A stretch of 63,969 nt of DNA from Negaprion brevirostris (taxonomy: Eukaryota), in contig JARDVH010000132.1 of the NCBI GenBank assembly GCA_030324005.1, positions 112,716,150 through 112,780,118 on the forward strand. The letters are read 5' to 3'. The number at the start of each line of letters is the position of its first letter. Positions within the stretch are counted from its first letter, which is position 1. The notes below the pieces were generated by a model, which searched no databases, was not told the origin of the DNA, and saw only the letters and a program-made list of their open reading frames with translations. Both the position numbers and the translations under genes were made by a program. Shown here piece by piece: positions 1 to 11,736 of this stretch.

Positions 1-249
1 GACTGCGCCTCGCCACTACCAATATCCAACACACCCATTCTCCTCTAATGTCCAACCTAAGTTTCCGCAGTCAGGCAAGACAGGCACAGAAGAATTTTTG
101 TGCAGGTACGGTGTGGCAATCCAACATTGAAGTCCGTTGCAACTATGTTACACTCCATTGTTTCAATGGCGAGAGACCAGCTACTGTGTAGGAACAAGGG
201 GCGAGAGGGTGTCCATGCGGACTAAAAGCTCATGTAGAGGTACAAAAGG

Positions 250-830
250 TAATCAAAAAAGGCTAATGAATGAACTGGATCACAGAAGGGAGGAAGCTAT
301 GATTCAATTGTGCAGAGCCTTCAGAACCCATTGGGAGCAAGCTATTCAGCTTCAGGCACTGCAACTCAAGGAAGTGGCCTTCAAGGAAGGGGAGGTCAGA
401 TTTTCTAACACAATACTAGGCGAGTCAAAGAGTTATGTTTTGAGGACAGGTTGACTTGTGTTCCTTCAAATTTGCAAGACTGGGCTGATTGAATCAAGTT
501 CTCAATGATGATAAAACGATTCTATAGGTTAGATACATAAAATCTATTCCTTCTGGCAGGGGAACAAGGTAGCACAATCCTAAAATTAGAGCACTTAACA
601 GTAAAATGAGTAATTACTTCGTCACACAAACAAACTCTCTTACCAAAGGGCTATAGATGTCGGGTCAACCAGAATTTTCAAGACTGTGATTTTTACTAGC
701 TAAAGGTACAATGGAATATGGAACAATGCCAGGTAAACACAGTTGAGCTACAGGTTGCCATAATGTAATAGAATGGTGGAAGAGGCTCAAGGGGCTGAAT
801 TAAATGTTTGTGTTGCTTCCCTCTTGGAAT
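250..830 (+). mobile_element. Old CR1 LINE 3' fragment
   Basis: Decayed RT C-terminus (EAMIQLCRAFRTHWEQAIQL resembles EVMLQLYRALVRPHLEYCVQF) followed by a CR1-type tail (aggctcaaggggctgaat). Confidence 0.65.
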
Positions 831-944
831 AACATTGGGAAAATTCATGGTCAGAAGGGTATTTCAAACTTGACCAAAAAACTAAACTAAAGACATTCCA
901 TCCCTCACCCTCCAAACACAGTCCATGCCATTTCATACCCCCAC

Positions 945-1290
945 TTTTTTTATTCATCCATGGGACATGGGCTGACCAGCATTCATTGTCCATCCCTAGT
1001 TGCCCTTGGACTGCAGTTAAAAGTTAAGCACATTGTTGTGGCTCTGGAGTCCCATCTAGGCCAGACCAGGTAAGGATGGTAGATTTCCTTCCCCAGAGGA
1101 TGTTAGTGAATGAGATGGGAATTCTGGCAATCACAAATGGTTTCTTGATCATCTGTAGATTCTTAATTCCAGTTTTTTTTCATTGAATTCAAATTCCACC
1201 AGCTGCCATGGTGGAATTTGAACCCAGGTCCCCAGTTGAATTTCTGGATTAATAATCTGGCGATAATACCACTAGGCCATCGTCTTCCCC
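945..1290 (-). mobile_element. tRNA-derived SINE (GGGAGGCGATGG-head family, CR1-like tail)
   Basis: Reverse complement starts gggaagacgatggcctagtggtattatc, has a B-box gggttcaaattcc and ends agggcaactagggatgg...catggatgaataaaaa. Same family as 3568 and 51776. Confidence 0.8.
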
Positions 1291-1554
1291 CTATATCTTA
1301 TGCCCCCAATCCAAGCTTTGCTGTTCTACCCATCCACATGTCCCCTTATGCTCCTTATGCCTAGCATTTCCATGGAACAGGTAACCAGTCAAACTCCACT
1401 TCCTGCATCTGTCAGCCGATACACTTTCTTCTTCCTTTCTTCTCCCAGTGCCTCACTTGCTCTCACGCACGTTATCTAGCTTTCTCTTGCTGTGTCTCTT
1501 ATACAAACATACACACCCTCTCTCTCACTCACACGTGCTCTCCCACGCTCTCTG

Positions 1555-1612
1555 TAACACACACACACACACACACACGTCCCTCGCACGCTCCCTCTCT
1601 CTCTCTCCCCCT
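1555..1612. repeat. (CA)n and (CT)n microsatellite
   Basis: acacacacacacacacacacac followed by ctctctctctctc. Confidence 0.9.
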
Positions 1613-2079
1613 CCCTGGCTTAACATTGACAGGTTTTTATCTCCTTCTTTAGTGCCTTTCTTCATGTAGGCAGGATTTTGAGTAACCACAGTGACCTAAT
1701 CGGAAGGTGGATGACTTGGTCCATTGTGGCCACAATTCACTGAGACCTAATTAGTTCAGCAAGTTTTGCCTTGGGCTTTGCTGTTTATTATAATAGGGCA
1801 TGATAATGAGTGAAACAGTACAAATATTAATGTTTCATAATGCTAAATAGTTTGGCTATTGTTCTTTTTGTCCTGTGGTCAAAATTCTTTCTGCAGTCAG
1901 TTTAGGCCAGTTAAATTGTCTACAGATTTAAATAGTTTGGAAACATAATGGCTTTCTACATAACAGGTCTGTCAGTTTAACATAGGTGTTCAGAAAGCTT
2001 AGAAATAATGAATCAGGCCAAAAATAACAGACATCAAGATAAATTTAAGGATGTCTACACAGCTCTGTTAAAGGCAAAT

Positions 2080-2392
2080 CACAAGATCATAAGATAGAGG
2101 AGCAAAATTAGGCCATTTGGCCCATNNNNNNNNNNNNNNNNNNNNNNNNNNNNNNNNNNNNNNCTTCTCCCTGTAACTCTTGATCCGCTGATTGGTCAAG
2201 AACCTATCCATCTCTGTCTTAAAGACACTCAATAATCTGGCCTCCACAGCCCTCTGTGGCAATGAGTTCCATAGATTCACCATCCTCTGGCTGAAGAAAT
2301 TTCTCCTCATCTCCATTCTAAAGGGACTCCTTTCACTAAGGTTGTGCCCTTGGGTTCTAGTCTTTCCCACTAGTGGAAACATCCTTTCCAAA
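2080..2392 (-). mobile_element. CR1 (HER1-like) LINE 3' end
   Basis: ORF 2068..2490 contains RMFPLVGKTRTQGHNL...EMRRNFFSQRMVNLWNSLPQRAVEA, the CR1 ORF2 C-terminus. Confidence 0.9.
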
Positions 2393-3565
2393 TCATGTTT
2401 AACTAACTTGCTTGAATTTTTTGATGAGGTAACAGAGTGTTCATGAGGATAGTGCGGTTGATATGGTGTACATGGACTTCCGTAAGACATTTAATAAAGT
2501 GCCACAAAACAGGCTTGACAAAAGAAACAAGCCTTTGAAGTAAAAGGACAGTAACAGTATGGATAGGAACTTGGCTGTGTGACAGTATAAGAGCAGTTGT
2601 AAACATCTGTTTTTCAGACGGGAGGGAGGTTTACAGTAGGGTTTCCCAGATAGTGACTGCTTTATTAATATATCTTAATGACTTGCTAATTGGTTGTACT
2701 GGGAACAGCTTCAACATTTGCAGTTGGCACAAGCCTTGCAAAGTACTGTGAACCATGAGGAGGATAGTGTTAGACTTCACAAGGACACAGCCAAGTTGAC
2801 AGATTGTGGAGACAAATGGTGGATGTAATTTGATGCACAGAAGTGAAAAGTGATTAGTTTTGGTGGGAGATCTTGGAGAGGTGATACGAAATAAAGAGTA
2901 CAGTTTTAAAGGGGGTGCAGCTGCAGAGGGGCCTGAGAGCATATGTCGCAAATTATTGAAGGAAGTAGCACAGGTTGAAAGGCCAGTTAATAATACATGT
3001 GGAATCTTGGGATTTAGGAAATTATAGTGAACCTTTATGAATTACTGGTTCTACCTCAACTGGAGTACTGTGTCCACACTTTGTCGCGGATATGAAGGGA
3101 GAGGGTGCAGAAAAGATTCATGAAAATGGTTCCAGGAATAAAGCACTGATGTGGACTGACTGAAGAGGCTATTTGCCTTGGAGAAGAGAAGATTGAGAGA
3201 TGATTTGATAGAGCTATTCAACATTGTGAGCATTCTGGACAGAGTAGATAAAGAGAAAGCTCCCAGTGATGGCAGTCCCAAGAANNNNNNNNNNNNNNNN
3301 NNNNNNNNNNNNNNNNNNNNNNNNNNNNNNNNNNNNNNNNNNNNNTTTTGGTGGAGCAAATGGTTAGTGTAAGAAATGCACTGTTTGGTAGTGAGTTGGG
3401 CGCAGAGTGAATCAATGTCTTCAAGAAAGTTGGATGGTAATATGAAAGAAAAACATTCAGGGCTGTGGGGGGAAAATGCAGGGGAATGGAGATAAGATGT
3501 CTTTGCAGAGATGGCATAGACGCAACTGGTCAAATGGCCTGCTTCTGTATTGTTACCATTCTGTT
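2392..3565 (+). mobile_element. CR1 LINE RT fragment, decayed
   Basis: KSCLTNLLEFFDEVT and VDMVYMDF motifs; C-terminal LEKRRLRDDLIELF; CR1 tail near 3530-3560. Confidence 0.85.
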
Positions 3566-3567
3566 AG

Positions 3568-5215
3568 GGAGGCGATGGTTTAGTGGTATTATCACTAGAC
3601 TATTAATCCAGAAATTCAGCTCATGTTTTGGACACCCAGGTTCGAATTCCCCCCAGGCAGATGGTGGAATTTGAATTCAATAAAAAAAATTTGGAATTAA
3701 GGATCTAATAACGGACATGAAACTATTGTCAATTGTTGGAAAAATGCATGGGGTTCACTAATATTCTTGAGGGAAGGAAATTCCCGGGCAAATATGAAGT
3801 CATGCATTTTGGAAGGTCTGACACAGATAGGAAATACACAGTAAATGGCAGAACCCTTAACAGTATTGATAGGCAGAGGGATCTAGGTGTATAGGTATAC
3901 AAGTCACTGAAACACAGGTGGAGGAGGTAGTCAAGAAGACATATGACATTCTTGCCTTCATTCACTTGGGTATTGAGTTTAAAAATTGGCAAGTCATGTT
4001 GCAACTTTATAGAATCTTAGTTAGGCTGCACTCGGAATATCGCGTTCAATTTTGGCCGCAATATTACTAGAAAGAAGTGGAGGCTTTGAAGAGGATACAG
4101 GAAAGATTTACCAGGAAGTTGCCTGGTATGGAGGGCATTAGCTATGAGGAAATGTTGGAGAAACTTGGCTTGTTCTCACTAGAACTTCGGAGATCGAGGG
4201 GTGTCTGATAGAAGTCTACAAGATTATGAGGAACATTGACAGAGTGGATAGTCAGACACTTTTTTCCAGGATGGAAGACTCATTTACTAGGGGGCATAGG
4301 TTTAAGGTACGAGGGGCAAGGTTTAAAGGAGACCTACNNNNNNNNNNNNNNNNNNNNNNNNNNNNNNNNNNNNNNNNNNNNNNNNNNNNNNNNNNNNNNN
4401 NNNNNNNNNNNNNNNNNNNNNNNNNNNNNNNNNNNNNNNNNNNNNNNNNNNNNNNNNNNNNNNNNNNNNNNNNNNNNNNNNNNNNNNNNNNNNNNNNNNN
4501 NNNNNNNNNNNNNNNNNNNNNNNNNNNNNNNNNNNNNNNNNNNNNNNNNNNNNNNNNNNNNNNNNNNNNNNNNNNNNNNNNNNNNNNNNNNNNNNNNNNN
4601 NNNNNNNNNNNNNNNNNNNNNNNNNNNNNNNNNNNNNNNNNNNNNNNNNNNNNNNNNNNNNNNNNNNNNNNNNNNNNNNNNNNNNNNNNNNNNNNNNNNN
4701 NNNNNNNNNNNNNNNNNNNNNNNNNNNNNNNNNNNNNNNNNNNNNNNNNNNNNNNNNNNNNNNNNNNNNNNNNNNNNNNNNNNNNNNNNNNNNNNNNNNN
4801 NNNNNNNNNNNNNNNNNNNNNNNNNNNNNNNNNNNNNNNNNNNNNNNNNNNNNNNNNNNNNNNNNNNNNNNNNNNNNNNNNNNNNNNNNNNNNNNNNNNN
4901 NNNNNNNNNNNNNNNNNNNNNNNNNNNNNNNNNNNNNNNNNNNNNNNNNNATGAATAGGATGAGAATAGAGGGATGTGGTCCTTAGAAGGGTGGGTGGTG
5001 TTTAGTTCAGTTGGGCAGCTGGTGTAAGCTTGGAAGGCCAAATGGCCTGTTCCTGTGCTATAACTTTCTTTGTTTTTTGAAATCTACTGTCCTTACCTGG
5101 TCTGGCCTACATGTGGCTCCAGGGCCACAGCAATGTGGGTGAGTTCCAACTGCTCTCCAAGGACGACTAGGGATGGGCAATAAATGCTGGCCAACCATGT
5201 CCCATGAATCACTGA
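3568..5215 (+). mobile_element. tRNA SINE (GGGAGGCGATGG head) split by a CR1 insertion (3782-5078)
   Basis: SINE 5' part at 3568-3781 and 3' part at 5079-5215. gaaat is repeated on both sides of the CR1. Confidence 0.8.
3782..5078 (+). mobile_element. CR1 LINE 3' portion (spans N gap)
   Basis: RT C-terminal motifs (YEVMHFG, MRNIDRVDSQTLF...TRGHRFKVRG) and tail aatggcctgttcctgtgctataact. Confidence 0.9.
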
Positions 5216-5249
5216 AATAAATTACATCTTTACACCCCATTAGATATAT

Positions 5250-5428
5250 TGATGACCATGAAACCATTGTCAATTGTTGTAAAAATCCATCTAGTTCACT
5301 AATTTCCTTTAGGGATGGAAATCTGTCATCCCTACGTGGTTTGGTCTACCTGTGACTCCAGAGCCACAGCAATGCAACTTGGCAACTCGGACAGCCAGCA
5401 ATGCCCATGTCTCACAAATGAATTTAAA
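5250..5428 (+). mobile_element. Partial copy of the same tRNA SINE family
   Basis: gatgaccatgaaaccattgtc...agggatggaaatctgtcatccctac...ccagagccacagcaatg. Confidence 0.7.
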
Positions 5429-5439
5429 AATATTATACT

Positions 5440-6060
5440 CTCCAATGTCTCTATATCTTTTTTATAATATGGTTACCCTGAACTGCAGCAGTGTGATCTA
5501 ACCAGGGTTTGATACAGGGTTAGTATAACTTCCATCCTTAATTTTATTCCTGTAAAATAAAGTTTAATGTTTGACTGCTTTAGTTTTGCTGTCTTGCTAT
5601 ACTTTAATGCAATCTTTAATGATTGCTGTATATGTACTCTAAGATCCCTTTGTTACACAGAAATATAGCAGCAGGAGGAGGCCATTTGGCCCTTTGAGCC
5701 TGCTTCACCATTCATCATGATCATGGCTGATCATTCAACTCAGAAGCCTAATCCTGCTTTCTCCCCTAACCTTTGATCCCATTCATCCCAAGTACTATAT
5801 CTAGCTGCCTCTTGAATACATTCACTGTTTTGGCATCAACCACTTCTTGTGGTAAGGAATTCCACAGGCTCATCACTCTCTGGTGAAGAAATGTCTCCTC
5901 GTCTCTGTCCTAAATGGTGTACCCCGAATCCTCCACTGCAACTAAACTCTCACCTTCTAAGGAATAAGTGACTTCCCAATTCTTCCTAGCAAAATGTACT
6001 ACCTCACATTCCTCGGTATCACACTTCATTTGCCAATTATTTGCCCAATTTCACTTGCCT
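5440..6060 (-). mobile_element. CR1 fragments (older copy with a nested CR1 3' end at ~5655-5935)
   Basis: Antisense CR1 tail (gaaatatagcagcaggaggaggccatttggccc) and RT remnants (acctcacattcctc...ttcatttgcca). Confidence 0.75.
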
Positions 6061-6559
6061 ATCAGTTGCCCAGTTGGACAGTATTACAGTAGCTCTATCT
6101 CCAATTGCCAGGCCTTTCATCCTATGCTTTTAAAAGAAACAAAAGATCGCAGATGCTATAAAGTTGAAATCAAAGTATAATAATCATAAGGCCAGGCAGC
6201 GCCTTGCAGGGACAAACAGACATCTCAGTCAATAAATTTAATGTTGTTGCAACTGTTTTTGTCTGCTTCTCAATTTGTTGTGAGTTTAGCTATTTAACTG
6301 TAATATATTTAAAAAGTACAAGTTTAAAATGGATATTGAAGTATCTCAACCCATCATTATCCAATTATTCCCAGCCCTGTAACTGTAATTGCTTCCCCTG
6401 TAGACTACTGCCTTGATCCTCCATTTGCAATGCTACCTGCCGTCAAACTGTGCCTATCATTATAGTCTAATCATGCAGCACTCCCTCAGTTACATTATGT
6501 CAGCAGCTCTCGCTTCTCCAGAGTAGAGTCTGATCCAGTGGCCTTCTGCCTGCACTAAC

Positions 6560-6885
6560 TCAAGACTGACACTAGAAACAATGTCTCAAGGCTCCATTTC
6601 TTGGCCAAGAAGTTACTCTTTGAAGTTGTCGGCAACTTCAGCAGCCAATTTATGTATGATGAGGTCCCACAGTCAGCAAATGAGATAATTGACTTGAAAA
6701 GTTTCCCGTAGTGTTGACCAAAGGAGGAATGTTGATTAGGAAACTGAAAAACTCCCTTGTTCGTTGGGTCTGTCACATCCAACAGATCTGATAAGATATG
6801 GCCTTTGTTCAATAGCTCTCCCAAAAGACGCCACTTCCAATAACGCCGCTCTCCCTCAGAACTGCACTGCGTTACCGTGAATAGA
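6560..6885 (-). mobile_element. Deu-domain SINE (SacSINE1/AmnSINE1-like), old
   Basis: gcagccaatttatg...cccacagtcagcaaatgagataat...ctccctcagaactgcactg resembles the antisense Deu-domain/L2-tail sequence as recalled. Confidence 0.6.
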
Positions 6886-7439
6886 GCCAACTTAATTCCA
6901 TTACTTCCCCTGGATGTGTAATTAGTGTTGCCCACGTGTTATATTCTCACAGTACTGACAAACCGCAACACTCCTTTCGTAGATAGCAAAATATTCCTGA
7001 TCAGATCACTCACCCTTATCAATGTGATTTAATGGTATTAGTTTGTCATAAATTGCACTCCATTAATAACAATCCAATCTCAGCAATAGCAAATGAAACA
7101 GTAAATAGCAAATTCAAATTGATAAATTACAAAGCTTCAGCCTATTTATTGAACTACACAAAAAACTGTTGGAAGTACTATCCATGGGATTACACATCCC
7201 AAAACTGAGATGTTACTGAGAAACCACTCTAGGCCTTTTCTAGTGGATTATGACATGTCTTTTAGAGATATCTTCCTGCTTTGTTACTTTATTGCAGTGT
7301 ATGTTTGTCGATGGTGCTCATAACAAAGCACTGGAGCTGTGCACTGCTCAATTCTCCTGAGTCTTTAGTCCTTAAGACATGTGCTATTCTCTATATATCT
7401 AGGAAGCTATAGTAGAACTTCAGCAATGAGGGAGAGAGA

Positions 7440-7567
7440 GGGTGGGATTTTCCAGCCTCACTCATCCAGAAACCGGAAAGTCCCACCCAAGGGCCAACGG
7501 ACCTTTCCGTGGTTCACCCCTCACCCACTCTGACTCCCATGGTGGGCAGGATGGTAAAACTCTAGCC
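7440..7567. mobile_element. PIF/Harbinger-type MITE
   Basis: Termini gggtgggattttcc ... ggtaaaactctagcc. Related copies at ~13002, 14898, 29542, 33890, 36258, 52088, 54995, 58940 and 61115. Confidence 0.6.
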
Positions 7568-8036
7568 AGAATGTCCTCAACAAAGTATTTGTATGTAACT
7601 GGCCCCTGCGTTACCATATTGTTAACCTTTCCTATGTTGATATTTCGTGACCACTGTGTTATTTTGCTTTGTGACCATCTCTGCACACAGTGTGTGAATA
7701 TGGATAGGTATAGACTTGACTATGATCCCCCTTTATATTTGAACATTTTCAACTATTGCTTTCACAATTTCCAGTCATAACCAACACATGGATGAAAGCA
7801 TTTTCTTGTAATTATTCATAACTTCCATTGTTACTTTCTGGGGAACAAATTCTGGAAACTCATTCATTCACAGTCATGTAAATTGATGTGTTTTAAGCCA
7901 GGACTTTCCCAGTTTCTTATCTTTGTGGATCTCTTATGTATGGCATGAATCCTAACAGGATACAAAATTCAAATGACTGTTCCCATTAATATTTACTTAT
8001 TTTGATTTCCAAACAGACCTGATGTAATCATTAATC

Positions 8037-8114
8037 ATTAATGTTTCAGATCTGTGACCTTACATCAGATCTTACAACAGATCTGATGTAAGGTCACAGA
8101 TCTGAAACATTAAT
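8037..8114. repeat. Perfect 36-bp inverted repeat with a 6-nt loop
   Basis: attaatgtttcagatctgtgaccttacatcagatct [tacaac] agatctgatgtaaggtcacagatctgaaacattaat, checked base by base. Confidence 0.95.
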
Positions 8115-8203
8115 TATGTTTCTCATTTCACAGATGCTGAAAGATCTGCTGAACGTTTTCCGTTCTTGTTTCACATTCCCAGCATCTGCAACATTTTGCT
8201 TTT
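8079..8203 (+). mobile_element. Penelope-derived terminal fragment with decayed hammerhead core
   Basis: ctgatgtaaggtcacagatctgaaac (CUGAUGA..GAAAC-like) followed by cacagatgctg...ctgctga...ccagcatctgca. Related copies at 12788, 35555 and 55551. Confidence 0.6.
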
Positions 8204-8604
8204 GGACAAACAAATCTTGATCAATTAACTTATGAATTGGAATCAAGAACAGCCCTTCCCCAGCTCAAGACATTCAAGCAGGACTAGTGAATAAGAAATA
8301 AAAACATAAGTAGAACTATGTTACTTGGACCTGATGGGTTGAATATTAAACATGGACTGAAATATGGGGCAATATTTGAGGATGTTTCCCCTCCATAGAC
8401 ATTGACCCAAGCCCACTTGAGCAACCGTCTGAGGTTGAAACAGACAGTCCATCCCGAGATGAGCTCCTGACCTGTTATCTTACCAAGTCCATTCATTCCT
8501 GCATCCATTGCATGACCCAAATCTACCCCTATTTCAGCTTACCTGCTGTTGAAACACTCACCGACACCCTTGGATTCACTGATCTACACTGGCATCAAGG
8601 TTTG

Positions 8605-9062
8605 CTTTGATTTATTATTGTCACATGTATTACTTTACAGCGAAAAGTATTGTTTCTTGCTGCTATACATACCATTCAAAGAGAAAGAAAGGACAGGGTG
8701 CAGAATGTAATGTTACAGCCATAGCTAGAGTGTAGAAATGATCAGCTTAATATGAGGTAAGTTCATTCAAAAGTCTGCTGGCAGCAGGGAAGAAGCTGTT
8801 CTTGAGTCGGTTGGTATGTGACCTTAGAATTTTGTATTGTTGTCCTGACGGAAGGTGAATTAGAGAATGTCCAAAGTGCTAGGTCCTTAATTATGCTGGC
8901 TGCTTTTCCAAGGCAGACAGAGTCAATGGGTGGGAGGCTGGTTTGTGTGATAGACTGGGCTACATTCATGACCCTTTGTAGTTTCTTGCAGTCTTAGTCA
9001 GAGCAGGAGCCATACCAAACTGTGATACATCTGGAAGGATGCTTTCTGTGGTGCATCTGTAA
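8605..9062 (-). mobile_element. Rex1/Babar-like LINE 3' fragment
   Basis: ORF 8763..8969 (NVAQSITQTSLPPIDSV...KAASIIKD). Antisense tail ttgatttattattgtcacatgtat. Confidence 0.7.
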
Positions 9063-9069
9063 AAGTAAC

Positions 9070-9755
9070 TAATGTTTCAACTTTAAAATCCTCATACTTG
9101 TTTCCAAATCCTCCAAAATTCCCCCTCCCTTTATATTATCTCTTCCAGCCCAACAACACTCCAAGATATCCCCTCTGCTCTATTTCAGGCCTTAACAACC
9201 ATCCCCAACTTTAATCACTTTATCATTGATGGATGGACCTGGAGCTGTATATCCCTAAGTTCTGGAATTTTTTTCCCTAACCTCTCTGCCTCCCAACGTC
9301 ACTTTCTTCCTCTTAGACTTTCTTTTAAACTTACTTCTGTGACTGAGCCTTAAGTCATCTACCTTAATATTTCCTCACATGTTTTGATATTTTGTTTTAG
9401 AAGGTCCCCTGTGAAGTGCCTTATGATCTTTTATTATTAATTATTATTATTATATCAATACAAATTGTTATTCTTTGTTAACTCTAGGATTGAATACTCC
9501 AAAGCACTTTTGGTTGGCCTCCCATCTTCTTCCCTCCATAAATTGAAAGTTCCTAACTAGCCCTAAATCCCATTCACCCTTCCCCTCTATGCTCTCTGAC
9601 TTACAATAACTCCCAGTTAAGTAGCTCCAGAATTTTTAAATTTTCCTCCTTGTTTTCAAAATCCTCAGGACCTCACCGCTCATTATTTCTGTGTTCTCTC
9701 CCATCCTACAGGTATCGGCAAGTCCTTCAGTTCAGGCTTCTTCAGCATCTCCATT
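9070..9755 (+). mobile_element. L2 LINE 3' fragments
   Basis: tttaaaatcctcatacttgtttccaaatccc, cccctgtgaagtgcctt and related L2-type 3' sequence, present twice. Confidence 0.6.
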
Positions 9756-9766
9756 GTGATATAACT

Positions 9767-10194
9767 GGGGTGGCACTGCTGCCTCACAGCGCCAGGGACC
9801 CGGGTTCAATTCCCAGCTTGGATCACTATCTGTTTGGAGTCTGCACATTCTCCCCATGTCTGTGTGTGTTTCCTTCGGGTGCTCTGGTTTCCTTCCACAC
9901 TCCAGAAATGTGCAGGTTAGGTGGATTGGCCAGGCTAAATTTCCCCTTAGTGTCCCAAAATGTGTAAATTAGGGGGATTAGCAATGCAAAATTGCCTCGT
10001 TTGTGTCCCAAAATGTGTAAATTAGGGGGATTAGCAATGCTAAATTGCCCCCTTTGTGTCCCAAAATGTGTAGATTAAGGAGATTAGTGGGGTAAATATG
10101 TGGAGTTATGGTGAAAGGGCCTGGGTAAGATGCTGAGTCGGTGTAGGCTTGATGGACCGAACGGCCTCCTTCTGCACAGTAGGGATCCTATGAT
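9767..10194 (+). mobile_element. HE1-type V-SINE with expanded internal tandem unit, CR1 tail
   Basis: tRNA head (gcactgctgcctcacagcgccagggacccgggttcaattcc), V-domain, three ~52-nt tandem units at 9934-10087, tail ggcctccttctgcacagtagggatcctatgat. Confidence 0.9.
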
Positions 10195-10974
10195 AATTGA
10201 TACAACCACAGACGCAGAACTTCGAAATTAATCCAATCATTTGGGTAAGGCTGAAAACTGTCTGCAGTTCTACAAAGTTCAATGTTCCAACACATATTGC
10301 TGTGTTATCTTGGAATTAATGCTGTTGGCCTCACTTTGCCTTTCAATATCTTGTACAAAGTTCCCTTTCTCAGATGCCTCTTTTCGAGGTTAGGCAACTC
10401 CAGTCGCTGTACTAAACTGATACGGATATGGGTAAAGTTGTCAAAGAGGTAGGGGTCAGCACCCATTTCTGGTACAATAGCAGCAGCTTTCTAAAGTTCA
10501 TGTACAGCACTCTTTATCTTCACTGAACATCTTTTTAGATCAATACAGTGTCTTCTTTGTAGGAAATGTGAGTGAAAATGAATGTATGGTGCATCAACTA
10601 CCTTGGGCCTTAAAGATCTCTCAAATATTAATAATCCAAAACTCATACAGTGAGACTTTGTATTTAATCTAACCTGGGCCAAAATGATGAACAGTACAAA
10701 CCTCCAGCCTTATAAACTACATTTGAGTCGTAGAGGTTTACAGCATGAAAACAAGCCTTTCGGCCCAACTCATCCATGCTGACCTTTTTTTTTAGCAGAA
10801 ATTTTTTTTTGGCAGAAAATATGCTCTGTACCAAAGTAGTAGTTGTGCTGATATTCCTCCGTTTGCTGAAATGTACTCCGTATATTTCATAAAAAGTTAT
10901 CAAAACCATCAAAATGAAATCTAGCTGTCCACAGTTGGAAAGCTTTGCAAAATAAAAATGTAAAGTCACTGAGC

Positions 10975-11720
10975 CAAATTTAGCGGGCCCGTGCACCGCG
11001 GGTGCAAATCCCATTAAAAGCCACAAGGGGGCCATAAAAGGATTTGCGCTGGTGAGATCTCAGTTTGAGACTGCCCCGATCCCACTGGTGATGTGATCAG
11101 GTATGCATTTAAATTTTAGTTAAACAGCTTTAGTCCATAGCATGCAACCCCATTGAATTCCCCGCCCCCTCCTCTCCCCTACCCCTCCACCCCCAACTTG
11201 GCGCCATGTCATGCCAGTGGCAATCACAACTGGTTTTCGAAAACAGAAGCCAGCTCCGGTCACCGTGCCAGAGGCACTGGAGTTGAGTGTAGTCTTTGGG
11301 TGGTGAGGGACATGGGACGGCACTGCCGCCCGGTGCTAGTGGAAAGGGGAGTGGGGGGTGGGTCACCCTGATGCTCACATGGTGTGGCGGGGGGAGGAGG
11401 GGGTTTCCCGATCTTTGAATGATAGGGTGTCGCCCATTTGCATGCAAGGTTTGGGGGTGCTCCCCTTGTTTGCTGGAGGACCCCATGTCCGTGGGGGTGG
11501 GGATTGTTTCTGATGTCCGTGGGGGTGGAAGGGGGAATATTGATGGCCAGGTTAGAGAAGGGACAAGGGAAGGGCCTTTAACTTTGAAATTGTGGTGCCC
11601 TGACCAGCTTTGCCACTGTGTTTAGCTCTCCCTCCCCACTGCCCCACCCCTAGCTAGCTGCACAATCCTCGCCAGCACTTTGAGAATGTTGATCTATCGG
11701 GTGAGAAAATTCACAATTTG
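10975..11720. mobile_element. GC-rich non-autonomous DNA element (Harbinger-like)
   Basis: GC-rich block resembling 45246-46188 and 50340-51186. Confidence 0.45.
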
Positions 11721-11736
11721 TGAATGCTGAAGTCTG

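Noticed and set aside
1840-1905. Signal-peptide-like mini-ORFs (MLNSLAIVLFVLW..; also near 7255, 10319 and 10821) as C5 exon 1
   Set aside because: Hydrophobic runs are common in T-rich DNA, the donors are weak, and no exons 2-6 follow.
4226-5041. Long ORFs at 4226-5041, 42018-42794 and 44480-45178
   Set aside because: Mostly X residues from assembly N gaps.
9767-9835. tRNA genes
   Set aside because: All tRNA-like segments are SINE heads that continue into SINE bodies; none forms a complete cloverleaf gene.
9934-10087. CRISPR-like repeat array
   Set aside because: Contiguous tandem units without unique spacers, inside a eukaryotic SINE; no cas genes.
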